Source of the DNA: a virus
Taxonomy: Duplodnaviria; Caudoviricetes
Virus record (IMG/VR): IMGVR_UViG_3300028599_000005
Span: 1 to 57,007 of that record
Strand: one strand, 5' to 3'
DNA: 57,007 bases
The first letter of the stretch is position 1. The number at the start of each line of letters is the position of its first letter. A program made the position numbers and the translations under genes. This document shows positions 18,929-28,093 of this stretch, in pieces. The notes beneath the pieces were generated by a model. It worked only from the letters and a program-made list of their open reading frames with translations. It had not been told where the DNA came from and did no database searches.

Positions 18929-19077
18929 ACAGAGACAGGCACAGACCTACCGCCGCAAACAGTTCCGGGCAAGGAGTCGAACCAGCCGGATATAGCGCGA
19001 AGGCCGTGACGGTGCCAGCCAACGGAAGCAAGTCATGCTCCTGAATGAGTCCCGTAACCCTCACTGGAGTGAATACC

Positions 19078-19491
19078 ATGACCGCTGAAAACAAAACTAT
19101 CAATCAGTTCATTGCGGAAAACAAGCTGACTATGGAAGCCAAACCCGTCAGCCACAACCCGAACATGGACAGCGAAACACCCATGGACCACTGGCAATGC
19201 GAAATTGCCAAAGACGGCGGCGAACCATGGCTTACCTTTTTCTCAATGGGTATTGGCCACAAAAGCAAATCGCCAGAACTTGCCGACGTGTTGGATTGTT
19301 TGGCAAGCGACGCCGCCGGATTCGATAACGCCCAAGACTTTGAAGATTGGGCCAGCGAATACGGATACAGCGAAGATTCGCGCAAAGCTGAAGCCATTTA
19401 CAACACAATTGACCGGCAGGCCGACGAACTTAAACAATTCCTTGGCGACGATGCCTATAGCGACATGCTTTGGAATACCGAACGCGAATAA
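19078..19491 (+). CDS. Acidic hypothetical protein
   Basis: GGAG RBS; DVLDCLASD...FEDWASEYGYSEDSRKA. Confidence 0.8.
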   Translation: MTAENKTINQFIAENKLTMEAKPVSHNPNMDSETPMDHWQCEIAKDGGEPWLTFFSMGIGHKSKSPELADVLDCLASDAAGFDNAQDFEDWASEYGYSEDSRKAEAIYNTIDRQADELKQFLGDDAYSDMLWNTERE

Positions 19492-19569
19492 CACCCTAGC
19501 CCTGCGGGGCTTTTTCAGGAGCATGACAGAGACTCCCTGAATGTGTCCACCTAACCAGGAGTTATGATT

Positions 19570-19752
19570 ATGCGTAGATGGATTAAACTTAGCAGCGAAT
19601 CGCAATCAGCGGCGCAATGGGCCGCCAAACATGGATACACTGGCAATGCTGGCGATCCGTTGCCCTCAATGCTTTCCGATACAGCATATGCTGAAATCGC
19701 CAATAATCAGCGATGGTTTAAACTTGCTGTACACATGAGCAAATCATTCTAA
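19570..19752 (+). CDS. Small hypothetical protein
   Basis: AGGAG RBS; enclosed by IR pair 2. Confidence 0.65.
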   Translation: MRRWIKLSSESQSAAQWAAKHGYTGNAGDPLPSMLSDTAYAEIANNQRWFKLAVHMSKSF

Positions 19753-19833
19753 CAACCTTGGCCATACGTGGCCATTTTCAGGGAGTCTCGGCAGAGCCTT
19801 CAATGAGTCCCGTAACTTATTGGAGTGCAAACG

Positions 19834-20049
19834 ATGAAGCTTTTAGACGGCAACCCTATAAACCGCCACCTCTACAAGGCTGGCGACCGCGTGAAAATCC
19901 TCAACAGCAACATGCGCGGCGAAACAATCGTCGAGGGCCTTGCTACGGTTCGCAGCCTTACCGAGATTGACCACACCTACATGGTCGAATTTGATAGCGA
20001 ACCCGGCGAAACATACGAGCGGCTGGCCGGCCCTGGACAACAAATTTAA
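19834..20049 (+). CDS. Small SH3/KOW-like hypothetical protein
   Basis: GGAG RBS; YKAGDRVKI...YMVEFD. Confidence 0.65.
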   Translation: MKLLDGNPINRHLYKAGDRVKILNSNMRGETIVEGLATVRSLTEIDHTYMVEFDSEPGETYERLAGPGQQI

Positions 20050-20131
20050 CACCCTAGCCCCTCGGGGCTTTTTGAAGGCTCTGCAATGCAAAAGCCTCTT
20101 GTCGGCCCGCAAGCTGACAGGAGTATGAAAT

Positions 20132-20311
20132 ATGATTTACGAACCGAAGTTTAGACGCTCTTACCCATTTGGTAAAGAACGCTTCCAGGGACTTGCCGTT
20201 ACATACAAGCCAGACGGCTGCAAAATAACCGTTGTCGCAGACCAAACGCGCGGGAATAAAGCCGACGCAATGACGGACGCACAGGCACTTGCCGATGGAC
20301 TTAACACCTAA
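20132..20311 (+). CDS. 59-aa hypothetical protein (not in ORF track)
   Basis: AGGAG RBS; MIYEPKFRR...LADGLNT*; enclosed by IR pair 4. Confidence 0.6.
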   Translation: MIYEPKFRRSYPFGKERFQGLAVTYKPDGCKITVVADQTRGNKADAMTDAQALADGLNT

Positions 20312-20382
20312 CCCACCCTTGCGGGCTAACCAGAGGCTTTTGCAATCACGCTCTCTTTGGTTTGCAACCAAGGGAGAATGTT

Positions 20383-20637
20383 ATGAAACCTAGCCAGCTA
20401 ATTTCCGAATACGACGCGGTGAAACAAGCCAACCCAGGATCGATCGTATTTGTTCGCTGCGGCGACTTCTATGAGACCCTGCGCGACGATGCCTTGACTG
20501 CTTCAAGAGTGATCGGGATAACCCTGACCACCCGCGACGGGATACCAATGACCGGCATACCCGCACACAGCATAGGTCGTTACGCGGTACTTCTTATAGA
20601 GAACGGCCACACATTCCTACTTCACGATCCACAATAA
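20383..20637 (+). CDS. Stand-alone MutS domain I-like protein
   Basis: EYDAVKQANPGSIVFVRCGDFYE...IGITLT...PMTGIPAH. Confidence 0.8.
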   Translation: MKPSQLISEYDAVKQANPGSIVFVRCGDFYETLRDDALTASRVIGITLTTRDGIPMTGIPAHSIGRYAVLLIENGHTFLLHDPQ

Positions 20638-20657
20638 CAACCCTTGTCGCCCGTCAG

Positions 20658-21128
20658 GGCGGCAAACCCCGCTACAAAGGCAAGAACAAGCGCGGGCGTG
20701 GCGCGGCAAACAAGACCATCGTATTCGGCATGGCGGAACGCGCGGGACCATTGCGCGCCGGTATCGTGCCCAACGTCCAAGCAAAAACCCTACAGCCCAT
20801 TATCATGCGAAATGTCCAGCGCGGAAGTGTCATCTCGACCGACGAACTCGGCTCATACAAGGGTCTGCGCAAATGTGGTTTCCGGCATCACAGTGTCAAC
20901 CATAGCGCCAAACAGTATGTCTCCGGCGAGCATCATACGAACACGCTTGAAGGCTACTGGAGCCGCCTGAAACTCAGCATCCGGGGAACGCATGTCCACG
21001 CTTCCCCAAGGCATCTATGGAAATACGTTTCCGAGTTCTCATTCCGCTACAACATGCGGAAAACGCCGGAGGCTATGTTTGATCGTCTGATTTCTTCCCT
21101 CGCACTGCCGCGCCTAGCAGACGATTGA
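20658..21128 (+). mobile_element. IS1595-family (ISXO2-like DDE) transposase, 5'-truncated
   Basis: GGKPR...RGRG..KTIVFGM, STDE, VNHS, HTNTLEGYWS, YVSEFSFRYN; N-terminal zinc finger and DETY missing. Confidence 0.8.
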
Positions 21129-21276
21129 AAGCCTCTTTGTGCCGTGGGTTCTCGTCCATGGTGGGAAGTTCCGGTGATTCGTCAACGTCCCGACTCTGAC
21201 GGAAACGGATAATCCCCTCGTCAGGAACTGTCATATCCATCGATTCCTCAAACTTCTGAACCAGTGTCTTTTTCAT
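21073..21276 (-). CDS. Small hypothetical protein convergent on the transposase
   Basis: MKKTLVQKF... overlapping the transposase 3' end. Confidence 0.4.
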   Translation of the reverse strand: MKKTLVQKFEESMDMTVPDEGIIRFRQSRDVDESPELPTMDENPRHKEAFNRLLGAAVRGKKSDDQT

Positions 21277-21920
21277 CCTGCTTTTCCGTTCGACCAATGT
21301 TAAAACGAGAAAAGAATCTCGGGTTAAGTTGCGGATCAAAATAGTGTTTCCGCTTTATCCAGACAAAACCGTCACCCTTTGAAATAACCGCCACATCTAT
21401 TGGGCCGCCCACCGATTCTTCATCAGTAGTAACTCTTTCTTTCAATGACTCAATTGAGACCAACGTTTCAGCGAGTTCCGCGAGCTCATCCACAGGCAAA
21501 CTGCCAACAACGCGCCGCAACGGTTGCGAATGGGTCTGGATCATTTTGTCCAACAGAGTGTTACTAAATTCATCATGTGCCGCCTCTTTTTCGGCCTCCA
21601 AATCTACCCCTCCAGGGAAACCGTGCGTAGTCTCCAACTCCACCACAAACTTGTCTAAAGCTTTATAAAACGCCTTTTCTGTCTCCACCAACGCATGTCC
21701 GCTGATACCGTAAATAAAGGTCCTCACCATTTGCGTTTTCGCGAGTGGAATTATTTGAGAAACATCTTTCTGTGTTACCTTCCATTCCTTTTCTTCATTG
21801 TAAATCGCCCGACCTAATGCAATACCGTACGAAGTAAAATTCTTGACCATCGGAAAATAATCACGCGCGCCGTATCCCGCAAAAACAATTACGGCAAAGC
21901 CAGCGCCACTCAATGAGTTG
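21248..21920 (-). pseudogene. Lower-GC IS passenger gene, probably 5'-truncated
   Basis: C-terminal VGGPIDVAVISKGDGFVWIKRKHYF looks genuine; composition changes near 21920 and there is no good start; boundary approximate. Confidence 0.5.
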
Positions 21921-22228
21921 CGTTGGCGGCGCGCGGTGACACAATCCCGAAGGCAGCACTGCAACGCGCTGGTTTGATATCGCGGGCCGGGCGCTAAACT
22001 CCGGCTAATCGACAAGTCGGGTTTTTCATGCCTGTTTTCTCAGGTCCAGACTACCGCCGCTTGTCAGTGGCACGGATACTCCGTATAGCGCTTCTGCTTT
22101 CAGCGCCGCCGCAATATCAAACCGGAATCACATATATATCAAACACCCGAGACGGTCAAGACGCACGAATCCACAGTGCTTTAATTGCGCTTAAGCCTAT
22201 ATGACCGGTCAGGTTTTTGTCAAGCCTC

Positions 22229-22774
22229 TTAGGCTACAGCCCTTTTCAGGTCCAAATACCCGTAAGCCTTGGCAAGCGTACACAGCCATGCCTTGATATT
22301 GTGGCCCTGCGTCACATCCCTCGGCACCGGGATAATCGGCCGCATGAACCGCGGCGTCCTTTCATACACACAAAGGTTGACCATTTCATCAAAAGCCTGC
22401 CGACAGCCGAGACATTCTCGCGTCTCCCGCCATAGACTCTGCAACTCCTCTTCCCTGTCCTCGTCAACCTCCTGTAAGGCCCGCCCATGCGTCCGTTCGA
22501 AATCTATGGCGGCTATAGACCCCTTCCCGATAACACGAGCGTGCAGCCACGCAAAGCGGCATCCCGCCCGGTATTCAGGTTCCGAGATTGCAGAATTTGC
22601 CAACAAAATGCCGAGAGGAAATGTCGTCAATGTGGAGTCTCCTTCACCGGCCAGAAATTTACGACGGGACCGCAGTTCCTCCGTACCCTTCTCTCTCATT
22701 GCCGGCCTGTGGGGCTGGCCGTTGGGCTGCCGCCTGATATTAGATTTTCTTGGTCTGCCGCGCCGCTTGCTCAA
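22229..22774 (-). CDS. Putative late-gene regulator (Q position)
   Basis: Basic RGRPRK N-terminus; last early gene before the terminase; L..LAKAYG C-terminus. Confidence 0.55.
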   Translation of the reverse strand: MSKRRGRPRKSNIRRQPNGQPHRPAMREKGTEELRSRRKFLAGEGDSTLTTFPLGILLANSAISEPEYRAGCRFAWLHARVIGKGSIAAIDFERTHGRALQEVDEDREEELQSLWRETRECLGCRQAFDEMVNLCVYERTPRFMRPIIPVPRDVTQGHNIKAWLCTLAKAYGYLDLKRAVA

Positions 22775-22829
22775 TTATTATCTCCCAAGATTACGTGCCC
22801 CGTGCGGACGTTTCCAACAGCCCAGCGTG

Positions 22830-23240
22830 TCATGGATAACCCTCGTCAGATTGCTGTCTCGCCAATTGACCCTCGATATGACCGATTTCCTCCGTCCGCT
22901 TTTCTTCCTGTATCGTGTTGAGTTTGCTTTGATGTTGGCCGATTTCCTTTTGCAGTTTTTCGTTCTCCGCCTTCGCCGCGTCCAGTTCGGCGAGGAGGTA
23001 CGGGATATCTTCGCGGGAACGGGCGATAAAGTCGGCATTCTCCCGGTAATCTTCTCCCTGTATGCGAACCCACGACTCCGACTCGCCCTCCAGAAACTCG
23101 GTAAAATGAACAAACCCAAAAAATTCGCCGTCGCGCGTTTCACCATGTTCCCACTTAAACCACCACGGCCCCGGCGCTGCCGCTTCCGCCCGCTCCCGTA
23201 TCCCGGCCAGCCTTGCGGCGCCGTCGTTTGTGTCAGTCAT
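22830..23240 (-). CDS. Ead/Ea22-like hypothetical protein
   Basis: IRERAEAAAPGPW...NADFIARSREDIPYLLAEL. Confidence 0.65.
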   Translation of the reverse strand: MTDTNDGAARLAGIRERAEAAAPGPWWFKWEHGETRDGEFFGFVHFTEFLEGESESWVRIQGEDYRENADFIARSREDIPYLLAELDAAKAENEKLQKEIGQHQSKLNTIQEEKRTEEIGHIEGQLARQQSDEGYP

Positions 23241-23469
23241 TGAAATAGTCCTCGCAAATGTTAGCAGCCGTGGCGCCAAGCAGTCCGGGCATGCATGGCA
23301 GAACAACAAACCAAAACACAAAGAAAGCCCTATCGCCCTCACTCCAATCACCCATACCCGACAACCACATACTGTCCCAAGCCACATACGCAAAAGTCGC
23401 CCACCAGAATATTTCCCATGCCGCCGCACCGAATAAAAAGCCAACCATTAGCCAAGCATACTTACTCAT
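23233..23469 (-). CDS. Small membrane protein
   Basis: Two hydrophobic segments; coupled ORF. Confidence 0.55.
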   Translation of the reverse strand: MSKYAWLMVGFLFGAAAWEIFWWATFAYVAWDSMWLSGMGDWSEGDRAFFVFWFVVLPCMPGLLGATAANICEDYFND

Positions 23470-23783
23470 TCGCCCAAAACCTCCTCGCGCAGCTTGTCGT
23501 GCATGGCTTTCCAACATACCGTGCTGTCCGCTGCCTCAAGCCACTCCGCCCCTTTTGGTCCGCCCCACTGAAATGAATCGTCGCCGGCAAGGTCCATCGC
23601 CTCGCTCGGCTCCCGCGTGGCGTCCAGGAATGCGGCAAGCGCGGCGCGGGCTTCCTTGTTCCACACATCCATTTGACATGCGCAAACCTCGTCCTGTTTT
23701 GCGCCCGTTGGGCATGTCAAATTGCATGGTTCGTCGCTGGCCTCACATATCGCCCGCGCCATGGCCTCCAGGATGTCAGTCAT
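23466..23783 (-). CDS. Hypothetical protein
   Basis: EAMARAIC...REPSEAM phage motif. Confidence 0.65.
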   Translation of the reverse strand: MTDILEAMARAICEASDEPCNLTCPTGAKQDEVCACQMDVWNKEARAALAAFLDATREPSEAMDLAGDDSFQWGGPKGAEWLEAADSTVCWKAMHDKLREEVLGE

Positions 23784-24319
23784 CGCTCTGCGCCTTTCTC
23801 GTCAGTTCGTCGTGGATTGACTCGCCGAACAGAGTTTAAGCCGTCTGCAATAATTCTCATTTTCCCGTCTCCTCCGCTCCGCTCGTCTGCAATCGGCCAC
23901 GATGCCCAACACAACGGCCGGCGAAATCACGGCCAGAAAACCGACCGCCAAACCAATGATAAATATCTGGTAGCTATCCATTACACGTCCTCGCTTTCAT
24001 TCCTCGTCGGGGTGAATCTGCTTCCTCGTCGCTCGGAATAAAATCCGCCAAACTTTTGAACTCGTTTTCAATCACCATATTTTCCTCTCCTGCATACCTT
24101 TCCCTTCCGTATCCCTCCCCTCCCGGCTCTCGGCGCACCGGCGGATCAACAGGACCAACTCTTATCAGGCGGTATACCCATACTGTCCTATAACGTGGAC
24201 CAATCGCCCTCCCCCCTACACTAAAGCAGTAGACGCAAAAAATCGGGTTCAGTCGTATGGCTATGTCTCAGCGCATTGGCTACGCATTCGACGGCTCGGA
24301 AGGGAAAAATCGCCCCGCC

Positions 24320-24488
24320 CTCGACCGCTTTGCAGGCTGTTGGGACGGATGGAGGCCCAGATTCGAACTGAGCGCGGGCACCAGCTTGCATGGTTTCCCT
24401 ATGCAACGCGGGAGTCGAACCCGCCCGCCGCCATGCTCCATCCTTCCGAACAGCCCGCTTCTGGAGCGGACCACAGTTGGGGTCGAGT
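24320..24488 (-). ncRNA. Structured tRNA-like RNA with two T-loop arms
   Basis: GGATGGAG/CTCCATCC closing stem, GCGGG-TTCGACT-CCCGC and CTCAG-TTCGAAT-CTGGG arms, outer stems. Confidence 0.55.
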
Positions 24489-24502
24489 CTTTGTTTGAGG
24501 TG

Positions 24503-24534
24503 TTGCAAATATATCACACCGTGATATACTGCAA
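24503..24534. promoter_or_regulatory. Palindromic bidirectional promoter/operator
   Basis: TTGCAAATATATCACACCGTGATATACTGCAA; TGn-extended -10 on both strands. Confidence 0.6.
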
Positions 24535-24571
24535 TTCTCGTCCGGGACGGCCGCCAAAGCAGACCGGACAT

Positions 24572-24612
24572 ATGCCCCGCAGGCGCTCCCCGCGTCGTGC
24601 GGGGCTCTTTTT
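24572..24612 (+). terminator. Terminator ending a ~70-nt + strand RNA
   Basis: GCCCCGCA...TGCGGGGC followed by TCTTTTT. Confidence 0.6.
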
Positions 24613-24663
24613 CGGGGCGTCAAAATCATAGCATATTTCTCCTTCCGCAAACAGGAAAAGGCG

Positions 24664-25002
24664 TTATTTTTCCTGTGGTTGAGACATTTTGAAAACGTTG
24701 CCTACAAGCCGCCTGCCATACTCGCGGCGCTCATCGATTCCCATGTCGCGCACGGGATTGGGTTCCTCGGTAAAGTCGTCGCACCAGCACTCGGCGCGTA
24801 GCCATGTTGCGGGCAATTTGATGAACTGGCGCTCGGTCCCGCGCTTTTCCGCCGCATATTTCTTTCGGCCCTCTACAAGCTCATCCAGCGAGGCAATCCT
24901 GCGCGCCTGAACAAACGCCTTTCTCGCATCGCCACGGGCCTCCTTGCGCGGATAACCCCCGTCGCCGTCGCCGTAATACCAGAGATCGAATTCGTCGCTC
25001 AT
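24664..25002 (-). CDS. Replisome-organiser C-terminal-like domain protein
   Basis: YPRKE...ARKAF...FIKLPATWL. Confidence 0.6.
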   Translation of the reverse strand: MSDEFDLWYYGDGDGGYPRKEARGDARKAFVQARRIASLDELVEGRKKYAAEKRGTERQFIKLPATWLRAECWCDDFTEEPNPVRDMGIDERREYGRRLVGNVFKMSQPQEK

Positions 25003-25355
25003 GACGCCTCCCGCAACGGCTTGTAAACACGAATCCCGGCCTGCTCGGCGCGCGCTACCATATCTGCCGTGCCCCTTCCCCCTGGAAAAGCCACGACCAG
25101 TTCCGGCTTGCCTTCGTCGAGCATTTTCTGGTTACGGATAGCCCCCGCCGACTTGCCAAGCAATTTCCAGTCGGCGGGAAATTTCAGGTTCTCGATACGG
25201 TTCTTGCGCGCCCAATATCCGCCTATCCGGTCGGCTCCACGGGCATCGCCTTCAATCACGACGTCAATACCCTTCGCCTTGTGCAAGGCATCCAGCGCCC
25301 GGTACGCCATATCCGTCCGGTCGAAGTCCCTGCCGCCGCATACCAGGATTCTCAT
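24999..25355 (-). CDS. SLOG family (DUF2493/YspA-like) protein
   Basis: ILVCGGRDF, EGDARGAD, AGAIRNQKM, AFPGGRGTADM. Confidence 0.85.
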   Translation of the reverse strand: MRILVCGGRDFDRTDMAYRALDALHKAKGIDVVIEGDARGADRIGGYWARKNRIENLKFPADWKLLGKSAGAIRNQKMLDEGKPELVVAFPGGRGTADMVARAEQAGIRVYKPLREAS

Positions 25356-25681
25356 TCCGCCGCACCCCGAATGTAACGATGCTCGACTGGAACCCCGGCC
25401 TTTTTGGCTGCCTTGATTCCATCTTTCATGCCATCCGATATGCCGTTATCCGCATAAACAGCGGTTAATTCCGCGACCCTGCACCAAGCCAGCCCGGCAT
25501 TGATTCCCCACCAGCGCTCTTCCTTTATTTCATCGCGCAGAATGCCCGGTTGCGTGTAAAGCAGGTGACTCGCAATTGGCGCTTCACCGCGTTCAAGCGA
25601 ATCACGCACGCAAGCGCGGCCATATTCTGTGTTTTGCTCGATATTTCCGGCATAAGGGCTTTCAATGATGACGAGCTTCAT
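25352..25681 (-). CDS. Nucleoside deoxyribosyltransferase-like small protein
   Basis: IESPYAG...GEAPIASHLLY...GISDGM. Confidence 0.6.
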   Translation of the reverse strand: MKLVIIESPYAGNIEQNTEYGRACVRDSLERGEAPIASHLLYTQPGILRDEIKEERWWGINAGLAWCRVAELTAVYADNGISDGMKDGIKAAKKAGVPVEHRYIRGAAE

Positions 25682-27660
25682 TCCGCCGCCTCCGCGAATA
25701 GTGGCCCATGCGATTTCGGTGGATCCCGGTGTCGCTGTTTGACCGATGCCGAATGACGGCCCTCGCCGGCCAGCCAGGCCAGGCGCTCGCGGATATCGGC
25801 CTGGTATTCCGGCTCGGCCTCGATCAGCACGGCTCGGAAGCCCTCGGCGATGGCGGCGATGCCGGTGCTGCCCGACCCGGCAAACGGGTCGAGGATCAGC
25901 CCGCCCGGCGGGGTGACGAGCCGCGCCAGCCAGCGCATCAACGCCACCGGCTTGACCGTGGGGTGTTTCGAACCGAACCGGTCTTCCGGGCCAGCCTTGG
26001 CGGAATAGAAGAAGCGGGCGGCGGTGCCGGAATCGCCAATCCTGAAACCCTTTTCGCCGACGCCAATGCCGTTGAAACCAATTCCAGTTGTGCCGTCATA
26101 AGCGCCGCCCGGCGTATGTGGTCGGACGTGACCCGCGCCGTGCATTCCCATCCGTTCTGATTCCGCCGCGAACGCCGCCTCGACTTCCTCGCTGCCGTCA
26201 TGGCAGACATTGGCGGGCCAGCGGCCTTCGTCGCCGCCGCGCACATTCGCCCGATCATCCCGCCCATAGATGGTTCCATTTACACCTGATTGCCGAGCCG
26301 TACTTTCATCCGTCGCCACCCGGCACCCGTCCACATTCACCGCGCCCGTCCCGTGGCGCAGGACGTTGGCGGCGATGGTTTTCTCGGACAGCGGCTTGCG
26401 GGCGAGGACGATCAGTTCGAAGCTAGGCTTTACGCCCTCGGCCCGGCAATCTTCTGCATCCTGCAATAAAGCAGGCCCGGTCGCAGAAAGTGTGAGGGTG
26501 TGCTGCAACAATGACAGCGAGGCGTTGAAATGGCTTTCCGCAGTGGAAGCATTTGCATGGAACCCACCGGTCAGGCTGCTTGCCTTGATGATGGAGTCGG
26601 CTGTGATCCGCGACAGTGAGAAGTTTAAGGTTTTCCAGTCGATTGTCGTTCCTGATGCCGTTTCGATGATGGACGTGTTCGCTGGAATCAAGGCTTCTTC
26701 CAATGTGCGCCGCCATGACGACACGATGCTCAAGCTGATAGTCGTCGCCAACTCGAATTGCGACATATCCATCCCTGCGCTCAAACCGGCCCGTGTATTG
26801 GTGGCGTCGTCGGCAGTCCATTGAGCAATAGCGGACGCCTCGGCGAACCCGCTTTGGCTTGACGTTGAATTCTGTACCGCAGCTTTCACAAATGACAGCA
26901 ACCATAACCGGGCCTCCAATCGAATTAAGCTTGATAGGATTATACCCTGTTCGTGCTTCAAAGGGAACGGCTTTACAGCCAATACAACTGATTCCCAGGC
27001 GGGCTTAAGAGCCGTGCCCCAGCCCTGCCAGCGTTCGGCCTCGGGCGTGGCGGGAGCGGTGATATTAGCTTTTCGCTGCGCGGCATCATCCTCATGCATC
27101 CAAGGGCGGTCCCAACCAGCATTCTGCGATGCAAGCCCTTTTTCAAACCGAGCGGCTTTCACTTCGTCAAATCCAACAACCTCCCGCTCCGCGCCCGCCG
27201 CCTTGTCGATGCCCTTGCTCACGTCATGTGATTTCGGGAATCCTTGGCCAAACAGCCAAGCAACCGTATCGCGTATCTCAAACCCGGCATCCTCGATTGC
27301 ACATGCCTGCCGGTGCCAACCGCGCGTGCCGCCGAAGGCCAGCAGGTGCCCGCCGGGTTTCAGGACGGCCATGGCCAGCGCCCAGGTTTCGGGGTCGAAA
27401 GCGATGTCGCCGCCGTCCCACTGCTTGCCCATGAAGCCAGTAGCAGCGCGTGCATGTGGCGATTTGCCCTGATTGAAGGTCTTGCGAAGTTCAGCGTTCT
27501 TGTAAACGTCGTCCGCTGTCGCATTCCCGAAGCGTTTGACGATGCTGGTGAGGTGGTAGGGCGGGTCGGTGACGATGGAGTCGACTTGGACTCCAAGATG
27601 CGCCATCAATCGCATGGCGCGGCGGCAATCGCCGGGAATCAGGCGGACACGGTTTCTCAT
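25678..27660 (-). CDS. DNA N6-adenine/N4-cytosine methyltransferase (beta class) with 192-codon insert
   Basis: [29 protein letters not shown]. Confidence 0.9.
   Translation of the reverse strand: MRNRVRLIPGDCRRAMRLMAHLGVQVDSIVTDPPYHLTSIVKRFGNATADDVYKNAELRKTFNQGKSPHARAATGFMGKQWDGGDIAFDPETWALAMAVLKPGGHLLAFGGTRGWHRQACAIEDAGFEIRDTVAWLFGQGFPKSHDVSKGIDKAAGAEREVVGFDEVKAARFEKGLASQNAGWDRPWMHEDDAAQRKANITAPATPEAERWQGWGTALKPAWESVVLAVKPFPLKHEQGIILSSLIRLEARLWLLSFVKAAVQNSTSSQSGFAEASAIAQWTADDATNTRAGLSAGMDMSQFELATTISLSIVSSWRRTLEEALIPANTSIIETASGTTIDWKTLNFSLSRITADSIIKASSLTGGFHANASTAESHFNASLSLLQHTLTLSATGPALLQDAEDCRAEGVKPSFELIVLARKPLSEKTIAANVLRHGTGAVNVDGCRVATDESTARQSGVNGTIYGRDDRANVRGGDEGRWPANVCHDGSEEVEAAFAAESERMGMHGAGHVRPHTPGGAYDGTTGIGFNGIGVGEKGFRIGDSGTAARFFYSAKAGPEDRFGSKHPTVKPVALMRWLARLVTPPGGLILDPFAGSGSTGIAAIAEGFRAVLIEAEPEYQADIRERLAWLAGEGRHSASVKQRHRDPPKSHGPLFAEAAE
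26423..26905 (-). CDS. HNH endonuclease with Cys zinc fingers, nested in another frame of the MTase
   Basis: EHRVVM...[16 protein letters not shown]; CxxC/CSxxC at both ends; GGAGG RBS 7 nt upstream; TATAAT at 26944-26939. Confidence 0.88.
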   Translation of the reverse strand: MVAVICESCGTEFNVKPKRVRRGVRYCSMDCRRRHQYTGRFERRDGYVAIRVGDDYQLEHRVVMAAHIGRSLDSSEHVHHRNGIRNDNRLENLKLLTVADHSRLHHQGKQPDRWVPCKCFHCGKPFQRLAVIVAAHPHTFCDRACFIAGCRRLPGRGRKA

Positions 27661-27968
27661 GTCTTCATCTCGTAGCTCTCGAACTTCCGCCCGGCGAAAA
27701 TGATATTCACCAGCCGATTATTCTCCTCCGGGTCTCGCGATATCGGACCCTGTTTCGTGGGGATTTTCCCAAGGGCGTGGCGTGTCCGTTTCCTTTTATT
27801 TTTCGCGTCCGCATACATCCGGTCCATCGTCTCGCGAACTTCCAGACATAATTGCTGGTATTCGTACTGCACCGCGCCTTGCGTGCAGCCAAGCGCGCTC
27901 GCGATATTCCGGTATGAAACGCCTTGGCAGCGCATCCGAATGAGAATGTCGATTTCCGTTCGCTTCAT
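27657..27968 (-). CDS. HTH-containing hypothetical protein
   Basis: GVSYRNIASALGCTQGAV. Confidence 0.55.
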   Translation of the reverse strand: MKRTEIDILIRMRCQGVSYRNIASALGCTQGAVQYEYQQLCLEVRETMDRMYADAKNKRKRTRHALGKIPTKQGPISRDPEENNRLVNIIFAGRKFESYEMKT

Positions 27969-28093
27969 AACACCGTCCTCACTTCCTCGACCGACCGCCT
28001 CAAAACCGGGCTGAATCGATAGCGGCGTCGCCAATCCGGCCTCGCGGCGCAATCTCTGATCGCGACTGGCCAGTATGGATGCGGATTGGCGAT

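Larger units (their letters stand above)
19032..20344 (+). repeat. Four consecutive 13-14 bp perfect inverted-repeat pairs, each enclosing one gene
   Basis: 19032-45/19514-27; 19529-41/19777-89; 19791-803/20072-84; 20087-99/20332-44. Confidence 0.9.

Noticed and set aside
19041-19058. Hammerhead or twister ribozyme at CTGAATGAG
   Set aside because: Required core elements could not be placed; long-range pairing explains the sequence better
19489-20344. Integron attC cassettes (genes end in TAAC plus hairpin)
   Set aside because: No consistent GTTRRRY/L-box structure, pairing spans whole genes, and the integrase is phage-type
22180-22194. Second CtrA site upstream of late genes
   Set aside because: TTAA-N6-TTAA spacing does not match the N7 consensus
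26423-27006. Intein in the methyltransferase
   Set aside because: No HN-C/S/T terminal motif, and the endonuclease is in another frame
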